From assembly GCA_964016885.1 (NCBI GenBank), contig OZ024742.1:355942001-356006000 (forward strand): a stretch of DNA of 64,000 bases, written 5' to 3'. This DNA is from Eledone cirrhosa (Eukaryota). The notes beneath the pieces are model-generated. The model was not told the origin of the DNA. It worked only from the letters and a program-made list of their open reading frames with translations, and made no database searches. This document shows, piece after piece, positions 14,028 to 27,729 of the stretch. The position numbers and the translations under genes were made by a program. Every line of letters begins with the position of its first letter. Within the stretch, counting starts at the first letter, position 1.

Positions 14028-14390
14028 GGCCAGCAGAGGTGATAAACACACCCTGTTTGAGCCATTTTGTAGGCCAGCAGAAGGTCACCCCACTGCCTAG
14101 CTCAGGAAGACCAATGCTCAGCACCAATAGCCAGCAGGGCTGATAAACACAACCTGTTTGAGCCATTTTGTAGGCGAGCAGGAGGTCACCTCACTGGTCA
14201 GCTCAGGCAGACCAGCCCTCAGCACCAATAGCCAACAGAGGTGATAAACACAACCTGTTTGAGCCATTTTGTAAGCCAGCAGGAGCTCATCCCATTGTCT
14301 ACTTTAGGTATACTGACCCTTTACATCAATAGCCAGCAGAGATGATAAACCCAACCCATTTCAGCTATTTTGTAGGCCAGCAGGAGCTTA
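14028..14390. repeat. ~101-bp minisatellite, ~3.6 copies
   Basis: gccagcagaggtgataaacacaacctgtttgagccattttgtagg recurs at ~14028, 14130, 14231, 14332. Confidence 0.9.
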
Positions 14391-15519
14391 TGCCCCTGTC
14401 AACCTATTACAGTAGTATTCATCATCAGGTTTTATGTCTAAATGTTCATGTTTATAAAGGTGGAGAGAGATGTTTTTTATGCAGTTTGACCTTTCTTTGA
14501 CTGGATACTATTCCTGAGAATAGCCCATACATTATTTTGAAGGTATTATGAAGACTGTTGCTGAACCTTAAGCTGCATCATGGATTGTATTTTTGTGGGA
14601 CATAAATGAAAAATCATCATTTGCTTTTAATCAGAAACATATTTATTATGCAGTTCACAAGCAAATGTAAACCTTAATGATTAAAGTTTCAGAACCATTC
14701 AAAATGTATGAGCAAAATGAACTATTCAGGAAATAGAAATAGGAATCATTCAATTATATCACATAGTAACATATCAAATCTATATGAATACCAATCTATA
14801 TGAAACCACAAACTTTCTGTTTTGTCTTCAATAAATCATAGCAGTTATGAAAATATTTCCGTAAATATATTTCCTGATTTTTATGTTAAAAGCCAAAAAG
14901 GATTGAGAGAAAATATGAAATTATTTTCAAATAATCTTTTGGTGTATGAAAGAATGAAAAAAAAATGGAAATTATTGTGCTTCATATTGACTGCATTGAA
15001 TGCCGTTTCTGATAGATATACAAAAATAATTTATTACAAATGAAAAGTCAAGGGGTGACCTCCTCTCACAATGTAGCATATACGTTGGTTCTATAGACAT
15101 GGCGCAAAGGTGGCTTAGTTGTCATCCATCAGAGAAGCAAACAGAAGGATTTTATTGTTAAAACAATCTTAGATGTGCCTGGTCAGTATCTCTCTCTCTC
15201 TCTCTAACGTCTACATATATCCCATCTCTCTCTCTCTCTAGCATGTACCTCTCTCCCTTCCTTCCTAACGTATTATCTACCCCCCCCCCCTGCTCTCTAA
15301 CATGTTCATATATACACCCTGTCTATCACTCTTTGAAACACACAACCATAAAAACTATTTACACACCATTCTATTACATTTCTAAAAAGAAGACAAACAT
15401 ATCTTTCAGAATGACTTCTAATATTATACAACATTAAACGCAATGTTCTATGAGATTCCTAAGGATCTTATATTTCCCCTCTTATATTTCATAGGCTTAG
15501 GAAGTGAAATATCATTTGA

Positions 15520-15935
15520 GAATCATCACCATAACAACCACTCTCTCTGCCATCACCATGGCCACCAACACCATCATCATCATCATCATCATCATCATCA
15601 CTACTGCCTTCTCCGCCATCACCACAGCCACCAACACCATCACCATCATCATCACTACCACTGTCTCTGCCATCACCATAGCCACGAACACCATCATCAG
15701 CATCATCACTACCACTGTCTCCACCATCACTACAGCCACCAACACCACCAACAGCAGCATCCCTACCACTATCACTACGGCCACCAACACCATCACCATA
15801 GCAGCCCTACCACCATCACCACGGCCACCATCACTACGGCCACCAACACCATCACCATAGCAGCCCTACCACCATCACCACTACCACCATCACTACGGCA
15901 ACCAACTCCATCATCAGCAACACCGCTACTATCGC
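15520..15935. repeat. Compound (CAT/CAC)n repeat with a ~45-bp superstructure
   Basis: Direct reading; poly-His ORF is an artefact. Confidence 0.85.
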
Positions 15936-16447
15936 CATTGAAATTCAAAATAAATATCAAATGAAATATAAGATAATATAGAATAAGAACGCAAATATTT
16001 TCTAAATATAAAAGAAATAAAAATACTTTTTTGATAATATCTTGAACATTGTCTACTGAGAACGAAATTGGTGAAATTGTATAGTTAACACTCTCAAAGG
16101 AGCAACTGGAATGTAAAGAGGTATTTTGAAATAGATTGACTTTGATCTTCTTTTCATGGCAAAATTGCAGCCGTACACAGTTTTGGTATACTGATTTCTC
16201 ATAGAAACTTCTGCTGATCCTATGACAGATGAAGCATGCCTATAGGTTGTTTATTTTTTATTATTTATTTATCTGAAAATAGATATTATAAAGTGAATTG
16301 GGGGAGAATTAGTAGATTTAGGAGATGACTTTATAGACTTTAGAGAAGTTGGTTGTATGTTGAGTCGAACTGATGTGAATTTGCAGTATATTATATTAAA
16401 TTACATTATAGTAGAGTATAGCATGTTATTACACTCACACACACACA

Positions 16448-16512
<65 letters not shown>

Positions 16513-16559
16513 GTGTGTGTGTGTTTATATATGTATATATAGTAATAGTAGTAGTAGTA

Positions 16560-17325
16560 AAAATAATACAAGAGATGTGTTAGGATAACAGGTGGACTAA
16601 CAGGAAGAGAAGGTTTTGTATGCAGAAGTTGCACAAGGTAACTGAGGGAAAGAGCACCAGTCAAGTAAACCTTTTCCAGTGAAAGGAAGTACCCATAGAA
16701 GTGGTTGATAGCTTCTGCAATCTGGACAACTTAATTAGCAGCGGAGGAGGGTGCTCTGAAACCATAATAGCAAGAATAACGATAGGATAGGAAAAGATTA
16801 GGAGCCTCCCCTACAGTTGACTACAAATTGCTTCTCCCTACGAACAAAAGGACAACTCTATGAAGCCTGTGTGCAAAGGGCGATGCTGCATGGTAGTGAA
16901 ACATATGCTGTGACTAAAAGGGGCCTGCCTAGACTGGAGAGAAATGAAGCAACCATGCTTTATTTGATGTTCAATGAAAGTGTAAGAGAATGGCAAAGTT
17001 CGGGCAAGTCGAGGTAGAAGCTGGGTTTAACAGGAATCCAAAGTGGTGTACAGGAAAGATAATTGTTTTGGTATGGACATGTGATGCACAAGGATAATGA
17101 TTGCTGGATGAAGTAATGCCAGTAAATCCCAGTGAAAGGAAGCTGCAGTAGAGATAGACCAAAGAAGACATGGGTGAAGCCTGTGAGAGCTGATCTCACA
17201 AATTGCTGAGACTCCCAGAAAAGATGATGAAGGAACAAGATCAGTGAAGAGATGCCATCCTGAGAAGGACCCATCAAACCCATGCAAGGATGGAAAAACA
17301 AACATAAAATTGAATGATGATGAAA
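16560..17325 (+). mobile_element. RTE LINE 3' fragment
   Basis: KGQLYEACVQRAMLHGSETYAV..LERNEATML motif; WYGHV and RPKKTW remnants; tail cccatgcaaggatggaaaa...(tga)n. Confidence 0.85.
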
Positions 17326-18607
17326 ATGTTTGCCGTTAGCATTAAGATATCATTCTAGGGCTACTGTTAGTTCACATATGTAAATGAGCATCCCCAGTAA
17401 AGGTTCAATAAACAAAAGCTATATAGGTTCAACTTTTCAGTACCAGTTGAGAGATTAATGAATCTTGAAACAGGTGCTGACATTCTCAATGGCAGCTGAG
17501 ATATCTGTGACAGTTCACAGACAAACAGAAAAAAAAATAATGTTTTCTTAAAAGAAAAAAATTCTATTTTCTTTGATAGCAAGGCTTTTATACATTTATT
17601 GTATATAAACTAGTAGTATATGATTTCATATGCACTCCTATTAATATATGTGCGTGTGTGTGTATATGACAGACTTCTATGCTATATTTGGCTACAAACG
17701 TTTGCTCACCCACTCTTATAGTACAATTCACTTGAAGGTGCCACACAGTGAGACTGAAGCCAAAACCATGTGATCTCTTAAGCAAATATTTTAATCTCAC
17801 AGCCATCTCTGAACTTATATGGATATGGATGTATATATACTTATGTGTGTGAGAAAGAGAGAGACAGAGTTATAGAATGTGTGTGTGTACATGAAATATG
17901 GTAATATTGAAGTTCCCTTCTTGTGTTATACATATATTTTATTCATACTTTGCTATTCAGTAAGATAAGTGTTAAAATATTACCAATTGACAATACTTAT
18001 ACAACCTCTCTTTTATCTACTAAAAAAAACTTACCCAGGATTGACAGAGACTAGAGTGTAAAAAGGATTAAATGTCTTACAGTAGTATATAATGTCTCCA
18101 TATGTTCTGCATTCAAATCCAAATAAGTTTGCCTTTGGCATTCATTCTTCTTTCGGGATTGATAAAATAAGTACCTTTCAAATAGTGTGGACAATTGAAT
18201 CAACTACACCATTCATTGAAAACGTGTGACCTTATGCTAATGTTGAAAATCAATAAACAAGGCAATTACATTGAGAATATATGTATAAATATGATTTGCC
18301 ATAGATATGAGTATTTATTTTATATCACAACATAGGTTGTTTGAACAGTTCTGTATATGAATGGTACACTAAACATAATACCATATAAGATTACCACACA
18401 TAATAGTACCCTGGCATATCAAACATTATAAGATCATAACACTGAGAGGATTGCTATGTGATTTGATAAGATACCATGACTATGTAATTAAGATGCAACA
18501 CTACTAAACGTAGTCATAACTGCAGATCTTCGTCTCATCACGTTGTTGTGTGATTAAACAGAGTATTCTCTATGTATGATGATAAAACAAAAATGTATTA
18601 TTAAGCT

Positions 18608-19170
18608 CACACTGTAAAAGTAGTTGTGATGGCAACTTGACAAAAAGTGCCTAGTCCCCTCTGTAAAGAGGTCATGTAGGTGTCATGATAAAAAGCACCC
18701 AGTGTACACTGTCAAGTTGTCATGATGGCAACATGAAAAGAAAAAACCTAGCCCACACTGAAAAGTGGTCATGTATATGATATGACAGAATGCACACAGG
18801 GAACACAGTAAAGTGGTGATCTAGATGTCATGACAAAAACCACCCAGCCCACATTGTAAAGAAGTCATGTACGTGTCACATCAGAAAACTCCCACCCCAC
18901 ACTGTAAAATGGTAATATAGATGTCAAACCAAAAATCACCCAGCCCACACTGTAAGGTGGTGGTGTAGGTGTCACAACAAAAAGCACACAGCCCACACTG
19001 TAGGGAGGTTGGTGTTAGGAAGGGCATCCAGCTGTAGAAATCAAGCCAGAATCAGTTCCCGTATGAGCAAGACAAGGTCAGCCAACCAGATACTGCCCAC
19101 AACAGGACAACCCGTCTAACCCATGCTAACGTGGAAGAACGGACGTAAAACAGTGATGATGATAATGATA
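18608..19170 (+). mobile_element. SINE family S2 with ~9 internal 48-bp tandem units
   Basis: cacactgtaaagtggtcatgtaggtgtcatgacaaaaagcaccca units (period 48 at 18851/18899/18947/18995), then core and RTE-like tail. Confidence 0.8.
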
Positions 19171-19464
19171 TCAATATCTGTATTTTTAACCAATCGTCAA
19201 TCAATGATAAACATTGATTGCCAAATATATTAACTATGGAGATATAAAAGATACAGAAGCGAAAACCAATCCACACCAAACAGTGAGTGTGTTCTATTAT
19301 TATTTCTGGCAATGTTATAACAATATGACCCTCCCAAAATATAACAATATATATATATATATATATAGTGGTAGAACACTGGAAGGTAATATGCGTAGTG
19401 GTAGAGCACTTAGTCCATGGGACGAGTTAGGTAAAAGTGGTTACACAACAGTTAGTTCACCTTA

Positions 19465-19503
19465 CTGAGAACAATTGTTTCACCTTAGCGGATCCTCAGC
19501 TCG
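19465..19503 (-). ncRNA. Type I hammerhead ribozyme (family A pLTR)
   Basis: gag CUGAGGA u cc-gcuaa-gg u GAAAC AAUU GUU^ cuc; inverted copy at 21320-21357 has GAAA>AAAA. Confidence 0.75.
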
Positions 19504-19670
19504 TAATGGTCATGGTTATACCGAACAGGAAGGACAAACGTAAGAACGCGCATGCGCAGAAACGATCACTTCACACAGGCAATACTAAATAGCGTGCGAG
19601 AGGGTAAGGGAGATAACTGCGAAAGTCCGAAAGTTTCTAGTTGATAAGAAAATTAGGATGTTGTTGTAAT

Positions 19671-20985
19671 TCAATCCGGAGCTTTGTAGTTATGTAAGGG
19701 GTGTTTCCAGACGTGTGGACGTGTGAAAAATTCATTCCTTGAGTTTAGGCAATCAATATTGCGCAATCTCTTTAGAATATTTATTCGTTCACCAATACAT
19801 AGTCCACACGACGGATTGCCCCTTGCGCATGGATTGGACTTAGTGATGGCTTTCCATTCAATGGAGTAGTCTATACTTGAGTCCTTGAGGGACCATACGT
19901 GGCTCGCGAGTTTCGTAGATGAACGTCTATCCGGGTACCTAAAGGTCGACTGGTGGTTCAGGAAGCGTTCCTTAAATCGGCCCTCCGCAATACCCACATA
20001 GGATTTGACTTCCTGTGGTTCATTAGGTCGGTTGGATGTGACCACAGCTTCATAAACTACATCGGATGTGTTGCATTGCTGGTGAAGGGGACAAGCTTCG
20101 GGCTTACGGCAAGAGCACCCTGGTGTGGTGTTGCTCTTAGGGCTGTTGGTGATGTGGGCCTTCATGTTCTTTAGCGCAGGAATATCCTAATTTTACTTTG
20201 TGTCGGATAAAGATGGAGCGGTATTTATGATCTATGGGAAAGTGTCTATCTAAGAGGGCTAGAAATGTTTTACCTACAATGTTTTTAACGATGTGTGAGA
20301 AAGAAGGAGAGAACCATATAGTTTGTCTATTGTTACGCTTTCTTTTCTTCTTGCTGTTGATAGTGGGAGAGTAAGTGATAGGTTGCGAGAAGGCGTTGTT
20401 AGCTAACGCCGTGTTATAGTAGGGTGCCGCTCTGTCAAAGAGGAGAGGTTTCAGATTCTAGTACTGATATTACTTACGAAGTTTCTAAAAGCAGTGGAAG
20501 GGTGGCATGAGTCCTTGTGAATGTAATTGAGTTTTTCGTTAAGCTTATGGAAGGGTGTGTAGGTGTGTGTGCGAGGGTCTAAATTAATGTCTAAGAAATC
20601 TACACTAGAGAGTTTGGTAGCTACTGTTATCCTAACTCATTGAAGGTAGAAACTAAGTCTTTTTTAAACCGGTCGATGTCGTGACCACTTTTATGGCTCG
20701 ATAAGATCAGTCCATCGTCGTTGTATATTCTCGTGTGGAAGTCCGGGAATCTAACACGTAATATGTCTAAAATAAATAGGCCTACCAAGTCGCATACGTC
20801 AGCACTGTCAAACGATCCCATGGAGACGTCGAATACGTCTGAAGTTGTTGACTTCTTTGCCCAGGCTACTCCGTTGTTGAAGAGGAGAGTTTTCCGGCAG
20901 TGAGCGATAATTTCCCTGTCTAAACGATCGATGGTAGTGTAAATGGTAGCAAAGTCCTACGCTTTGTTTAACAGGGTCTCTGAGT
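19671..20985 (-). pseudogene. PLE RT + GIY-YIG endonuclease, frameshifted
   Basis: MGSFDSADVCDLVGL, YNDDGL (RT); CSCRKPEACPL (CxCx5C), VVYEA...YVG...FKER..NH, CGLC..E (GIY-YIG). Confidence 0.9.
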
Positions 20986-21498
20986 AAAAATCAACAGTCC
21001 AAACCATACGCAAGGGGCAATCCGTCGTGTGGACTATGTATAACGAATAAATATTCTAATGAGATTATGCAATAGTGATTGCCTAAACGAAGTTATGGAT
21101 TCTTCACACGTTGTTCAAATGTCTGGAAACACCTCTTACATAACTACAAAGTTCCGGATTGAATTACAACATCCTAATTTTCTTATCAACTAGAAACTTT
21201 CGCAGTTATCTCCCTTACACCTCTCGCGCGCCATTTAGTATTGCTCGTGTGAAGTGATCGTTTCTGCGCATGCGCGTTCGTACGGTTGTCCTTCCTGTTC
21301 CGTATAACCATGACCATTACGAGCTGAGGATCCGCTAAGGTAAAACAATTGTTTTCGGTATGGTGAACTAACTGTTGTGTAATGTAAAGACTTCTATATA
21401 TATATATATTATATATATATATAAACAATTGTTCTCGGTATGGTGAACTAACTGTTGTGTAATGTAACGACTTCTATATATATATATATATATATATA

Positions 21499-21631
21499 GG
21501 AACCAGTAAGACCCCGACAGCTGAGCTCAGCTGTCGGGGTCTTACTGGTTCCTATTACCCACTCTACTACCTCAAGTATTGAGTACTTTGGTGCGTTATG
21601 GTCCACCTGGTTCCTTACCACATTTCCTTCG

Positions 21632-21632
<1 letters not shown>
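21499..21632 (+). mobile_element. Perfect-hairpin-plus-tail mini-insertion in (TA)n
   Basis: ggaaccagtaagaccccgacagctgag-ctcagctgtcggggtcttactggttcc is a perfect palindrome followed by an ~80-nt tail. Confidence 0.7.
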
Positions 21633-21708
<76 letters not shown>

Positions 21709-21710
<2 letters not shown>

Positions 21711-22262
21711 ATAAGGATTTGACGGACCCAGCATATTTAACAACGCCAGGATCGGTTGTATTTCAGCATACTCAATAGATAATGTAGAACACATTCCAGA
21801 GTATACATATAGTTATTCGCCTCAACACAACACACGTAAACAGGTACCTATAATAGTTCCCAGACTCGAGTTTCGGCCACATTTAATGCAGCAGTAGGGC
21901 GCACTGCATCATATGTCTGCATATATTATGCAACAATGCATAATATCCCAGACAGATTAGAGATTTAATCTGTTTCGCTTGATAATTGTGTTTGTAACAG
22001 ATAATCTGTAGGCATCATCAGTGAGAGATAAGATCAAATGGGACAAACACCTAAAACTAAAAGCTAGACGAATTAATATTTCACCTCATGCGCGAGAGGT
22101 CCAAAGTGGGGTGAGTGGATCGGCTAGAAACAATAGATTAAATACACCCTACTTATCAGCTCACCAAGTTAGGGAGCCGAAATTCAAATAAGAGGCAAAG
22201 TTAATAACTCATATTAATACCCTGTAATTAACAAGCTCAAAGTATAAATACTAAGCATTATA
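21709..22262 (-). mobile_element. Non-coding hammerhead-bearing element in (TA)n (PLE 3' end type)
   Basis: Bounded by (TA)n, contains the hammerhead at 21946-22026, no ORF. Confidence 0.6.
21946..22026 (-). ncRNA. Type I hammerhead ribozyme with long stem III
   Basis: ucuca CUGAUGA ugc...gc GAA ACAGAUUA-aaucuc-UAAUCUGU C^ uggga. Confidence 0.8.
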
Positions 22263-22789
22263 TAATAATATATATAGTAATAAACATATTATATATATAT
22301 ATATAAAGAGTGAGAGAAAGGGAGACAGACAATGAAGGAGAACAAATGAGAAGAGGAAGGGGAGAAATTGCAGAAATTCATTGAACCAACAGTTTTCCAT
22401 ACCTTTCTATGTTTAGTCAGAGATAATATTAACCTAAAATGATTCAAGGCAATTTTAATAAATCATTAATTAATTTTCATTATTTTTGTTCTTGCGTATT
22501 TTACTTAAAACATAATTAGAATAATTCGTTAATTCAGTTGAATATTTAATTTAGTCTTACAGATAAGTACATATAGAGTTGGCCAGCTTGAAAGTTGCAG
22601 CAAGGGACTGCTTTTGTCAATGGAATTTCATAATTCATTTAACAGAGATGACACAGTGAATAGAAATGACGAATGATTTGCTAAGAGCCAAGGTTAATTA
22701 TTTGATTGGGAGGTGGATGTCACTAATAAGATCATAGACTACAATAGGGGTGATTTTGAAACACACACACAAATACACTGTGTACATAA

Positions 22790-22825
<36 letters not shown>

Positions 22826-22866
22826 GGAAAATTTAGTAAAATCGAATCGCTGGCGGTTTGCAAGCA

Positions 22867-22923
<57 letters not shown>

Positions 22924-22927
<4 letters not shown>

Positions 22928-23109
22928 TCATCATCATCATTCATCATTTCATTTTATGTCCGCTTATTCCCTGCTTGTAAGGGTGGGACGGGAACTGATG
23001 CTGGCTTGATTTCTACAGCTGGATGCCCTTCCTAACACCAACCTCATTTACAGTGAGTGCTGGGTGCTTTTTTTTGCCGTGGCACCTACACGACCACTTT
23101 GCAGTGGAA

Positions 23110-23110
<1 letters not shown>
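22924..23110 (-). mobile_element. SINE family S2 (short variant)
   Basis: ttctacagctggatgcccttcctaacaccaacc core; tail variant cccttgcaagcaggg; similar copies at 51295-51422 and 54170-54385. Confidence 0.8.
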
Positions 23111-23192
<82 letters not shown>

Positions 23193-23261
23193 GTAATAAT
23201 AATAAATTTGGGGTGAAAGCAGCGATTCTTTGCTTAAACTTTAACCTGTTATTTTAATAAA

Positions 23262-23353
<92 letters not shown>

Positions 23354-24594
23354 TATAATGAGAGATTCATATAAATATTTCAAATTTGCCTATTTCCCTG
23401 ATTTTCATTGAAGAAGATGATGATACGCATATGTACATATATATATATACACATATATATATATATATATATATGTGTGTATGTGTGTATATAGATATAG
23501 ATATAGATATAGATATATGGGGGTGGGGGGTATATATATATATGTGTGTGAGTGTTTGTATATATATATAAGATTTTTAAGGATTGAAATTATAAAATTA
23601 AGTATTTCATTATAGTAATTAAAAAAAAAGGTAAAATTATATGTATGTCCGTGTGTGTGTATGTATATATATATGTATATATAATTTTTAAGGAATGAAA
23701 TTATAAATTGAATATTTTATAACAATAAAAACATTAGATAAAATTATATAATAAGGAATTTGACAGATGATTGTTTCATTTCTTTATCATTAGTCATAAT
23801 TTGCATAGTGGTCTTTGGTATTGTTCTTGTTCTTGTTTTTGTTTTGTTTTTATTGACAATTATTATCGATTCATATATATGTCGATATAGAATAAACAAG
23901 TCACAAAAATAAAATATACTGATAGGTTTTTATTAAAATAAAACGTTAAAAACAAGATAGCTTACATAATTTTTAAGAAATTGATAATTCTTATAAATGA
24001 AAGTCAGATTACTAGAACATCGATGTGCTGTATAAAAAGATTGTAAAGTTCCCTACCAATAAACACAATATAAAACACAGAAGATAATAGATATATCAAA
24101 TATGTCAATGAAAGTAAAAAATATAAACACTAAAATATCAAAAATAATTATAAAGAAATTCCGCCAAAAGGAAAATGATTCTAAGATTTCTAAAAGATTG
24201 ACCCAGTAGTTCACATAATAAAACTTTATCCACAATCGTGATAACAGAAATATATTAATGAATATGTAATTGACTATTGACAATATATATATATGAAAAC
24301 TGGTCACACACAGACAAAAGCTACAAATGGCTACATTGTCCCCTTCTCTAACATTTCCCTTCAGAAACTTCCTTTTGATGGATGTGAAATCACAAATAAG
24401 TCTATTCCAAGGTAACTCCATCTCTAGTTTTCTTGTTACGCCTTTTTACACATCTTTTTATGTTTCTTTATACTTTTCTCTCCATCCTTATGCCACCTGA
24501 TTTTGTTAGCCAGAGATTTACCAATCTGCATTGTCAAGGCTTCCACAATAAACACTTTTCATATTCCACAATGCTTCGAGCAAACTTAAACACA

Positions 24595-24669
<75 letters not shown>

Positions 24670-24803
24670 TAGAAGGGATTTTTAATTCATTGGAAATTCA
24701 ACAAATATAAATGTTTATAACTGATTCAGAGCACTCGACAATTTCTGGAGTAAAGATTCAATGATATTAAATAAATGGAAACTATATTTATGAAACCATA
24801 TTT

Positions 24804-24863
24804 ATTCTATTATATATGTTTCAAGGGTACCAAAAACGTTGGTACGCTTTCATCAGATAAAAT
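24804..24863 (-). ncRNA. Type I hammerhead ribozyme
   Basis: auuuuau CUGAUGA aag-cguaccaa...uugguac-cuu GAAAC auau AUA^ auagaau. Confidence 0.65.
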
Positions 24864-24966
24864 ACAAAGAGTGTTTTATAAATGTTGACATAGCCAAGGA
24901 AACATACCTTATTAGTTGAATTTTCCTTGGGTAGTGGATTTATAAAATGTATAAAACACTCTTTCT

Positions 24967-25026
24967 ATGTTATCTGATGAAAGCTTACCAAAGTTTTTGG
25001 TACCCTTGAAATATATAAAATAAAAT
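24967..25026 (+). ncRNA. Type I hammerhead ribozyme (opposite arm, partly decayed)
   Basis: atgttat CTGATGA aagcttaccaaagtttttggtaccctt GAAA tatataaa ataaaat. Confidence 0.55.
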
Positions 25027-25071
25027 AAATATGGTTTTATAAATATATTTTCCATTTATTTAATATCATTG

Positions 25072-25102
<31 letters not shown>

Positions 25103-25324
25103 ATGTAAATATATATATCACATTGTCCCAAATCTTCCTGGGTCTCCCCCGCCCCCCACGGTTTTCATCAGCTTTGAGTGCTATGCACCGTTTTATGTAG
25201 CTGGCATGTGTGTATGTGTAATTCTTTTTTGTGTGTGCTTGCAAGGATTAGGCGGGTTGTTCACATCAAGGGACAAGTCCGGCCAGAATTGACCACACCA
25301 TAGCTTGCTCCAATGGAACTGTAA

Positions 25325-25942
<618 letters not shown>

Positions 25943-26622
25943 GTGAGGTTTTTTTTACAAAATGAAAAATAACCGAGGTGTCCTACACGAGTGGAAGTAT
26001 AAAGAAAAAGGGATGAAATCGAAAATGCAACTGAAGTCTTATTTTTTAAAAAAATATATATATTTATTTGGTTCCTTTACCGGTTTCGCAGTTCTTTTTC
26101 TTTTCAAAAGGTGAGTTGAGATGGAGGGTCTGTGGTTTTTCTCACATCTGGTTGGTCTCTAAATGTTACTTATTTTATATGGAAAAAGTGGCTCGAAAAC
26201 CAGGTTTTTCGAGAAGTAATTTGATTGGTTTGTCAATAATTATAATAAATTTCGCGCCAGTTCGCGTTACAATAGTTCTTCAAATAAGAGAGGGGGGGTT
26301 GTCACAGGTTGTTTTTTTCATATATGAGTGTTTGAATTTCTTTTTACTTGAAAAAATGAGGCTCACGAAGGCTTTTTTTTGGTTGGTTATAAATGAAATT
26401 TGGCTGTCAAGTGAACAAGTTTTCATTACATTTTTGCGCCCTTATTTGGAAAACTATTCTGTAGTCTTTATAGTGAATGTTATGACAATGGAGAGATAGT
26501 GGTCAAGGGAAAAGGGATTGGGAGAAATGTTCTGGTTCAGTGAATATGGCCAGCTGTCAGAGTTCAGGTGTCAGAGTTCAGATTTTCTATTGAGACTGAA
26601 GATATGTGTTTATTTGTGTGCT

Positions 26623-26657
<35 letters not shown>

Positions 26658-27149
26658 ATGTGTGTATTGGAAGATGATTCTATTAGTAGAGATGGGGGAG
26701 GGAGTTGTGTGTGTGTGTATATGGGTGTTATGTGTGTGTGTGCGAGTATGTTAGAGAGAATATATATTTTGTGTGTGTGTATATATATATGTGTGTAGGA
26801 AAGTGGTTCTATTAGTAGAAATGGGGAGGGTGTTGTAGGTGTGGGGGTTGTTATGTGTGTGTATGGGTGTTATGTGTGTGGGAGTATGGTTAGCATGTTA
26901 AGATGAAGAGAATATATATATATATATATATATATTGTGTGTGTGTGTATGTGTGTGTGTAGGAAAATGATTCCTTTAGTAGGAATATTTTTGAATGAAC
27001 ATATTTTCCTGACTTTTTCGTGTTTGCTGTTGTATTGCCAGCGCAAACGTATGTTTAAGGTTTATTTAGTTCGGGTTTTTATTTTCTAAAGTAGAAGGTG
27101 TTATGTGTGTGTGTGTGTATGTCATATTGTGGTGTTGACATAATGTATA

Positions 27150-27729
27150 TTAAACCTTATTTAATGTTGGTCTATATTTTTGAATAAACATATTTTCCTT
27201 ATTTATTCGCATTTGTTCTGTTGTATTGTTAGCGCAAAGGTAAAATGGGAAGACTTGGAATTTGGGTGTCTTATTACTTGCGCAAATGTCTAGATGTGCA
27301 CTTAGTGGTATCTGTCTCGTGGTTGGATCTCGTAATTGTTGGCGATGAACTGTCATTCTGTTTCTGAGTGTGAGTTTAGTTTGTCCTATATAATCTTCAT
27401 TGCATCCTTTACATTTAATGGCATAAATTAGATTTTTTGATGAGCAAGTGAAGTGATTTTTTACAGTAAAATTTTGTCCTGATTTAAATGTATACGTGTT
27501 GCCTTCAATGAGGTGAGTGCAGGTTCCACAATTAGAGCGACCACATTTTTTGATACTTGGTTGTGGGTTTGTGGTAGGTAATTTGGCATTGGTGAGTAAT
27601 GTTTTCAGTGATTTTGGTTGTCTTTTGCTTTTGATTATTTTGTGTGTTTCAAGGGCTTTTTTCATTCTTGGGTTTTGTTTTTGTAGTGGGATGTTATTGT
27701 GAATAGTGTTGTAAGCTTTCGCATTTCTT
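27150..27729 (-). pseudogene. Inverted duplicate of the GIY-YIG-coding 3' part of the PLE ORF
   Basis: ORF 27150-27665 translation is identical to the last 171 aa of ORF 28096-29970. Confidence 0.9.

Larger units (their letters stand above)
19366..21477 (-). mobile_element. Naiad-like Penelope-like element, family A, 5'-truncated with inverted right arm
   Basis: RT and GIY-YIG remnants on minus strand; 21005-21395 is an inverted copy of the 3' end; (TA)n on both sides. Confidence 0.9.
24665..25071. mobile_element. Inverted-repeat mini-element derived from the pLTR of the PLE at 60226-62445
   Basis: Arms 24760-24880 / 24951-25071, each with a hammerhead; ~95-nt tail on left arm only; homologous to 60226-60410. 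Confidence 0.8.

Noticed and set aside
15443-15964. His-rich 173-aa ORF
   Set aside because: (CAT/CAC)n repeat; other frames equally open; no splice or domain evidence
18608-19010. SINE VNTR as the source of the 43-bp satellite
   Set aside because: Period is 48, not 43, and only acactg is shared
24053-24672. Host coding exons
   Set aside because: AT-rich, compositionally biased ORFs without recognisable motifs
26068-26798. ORFs in the left arm of the Neptune-like element
   Set aside because: Antisense of the 3' UTR and microsatellite; frames are not preserved in the right arm
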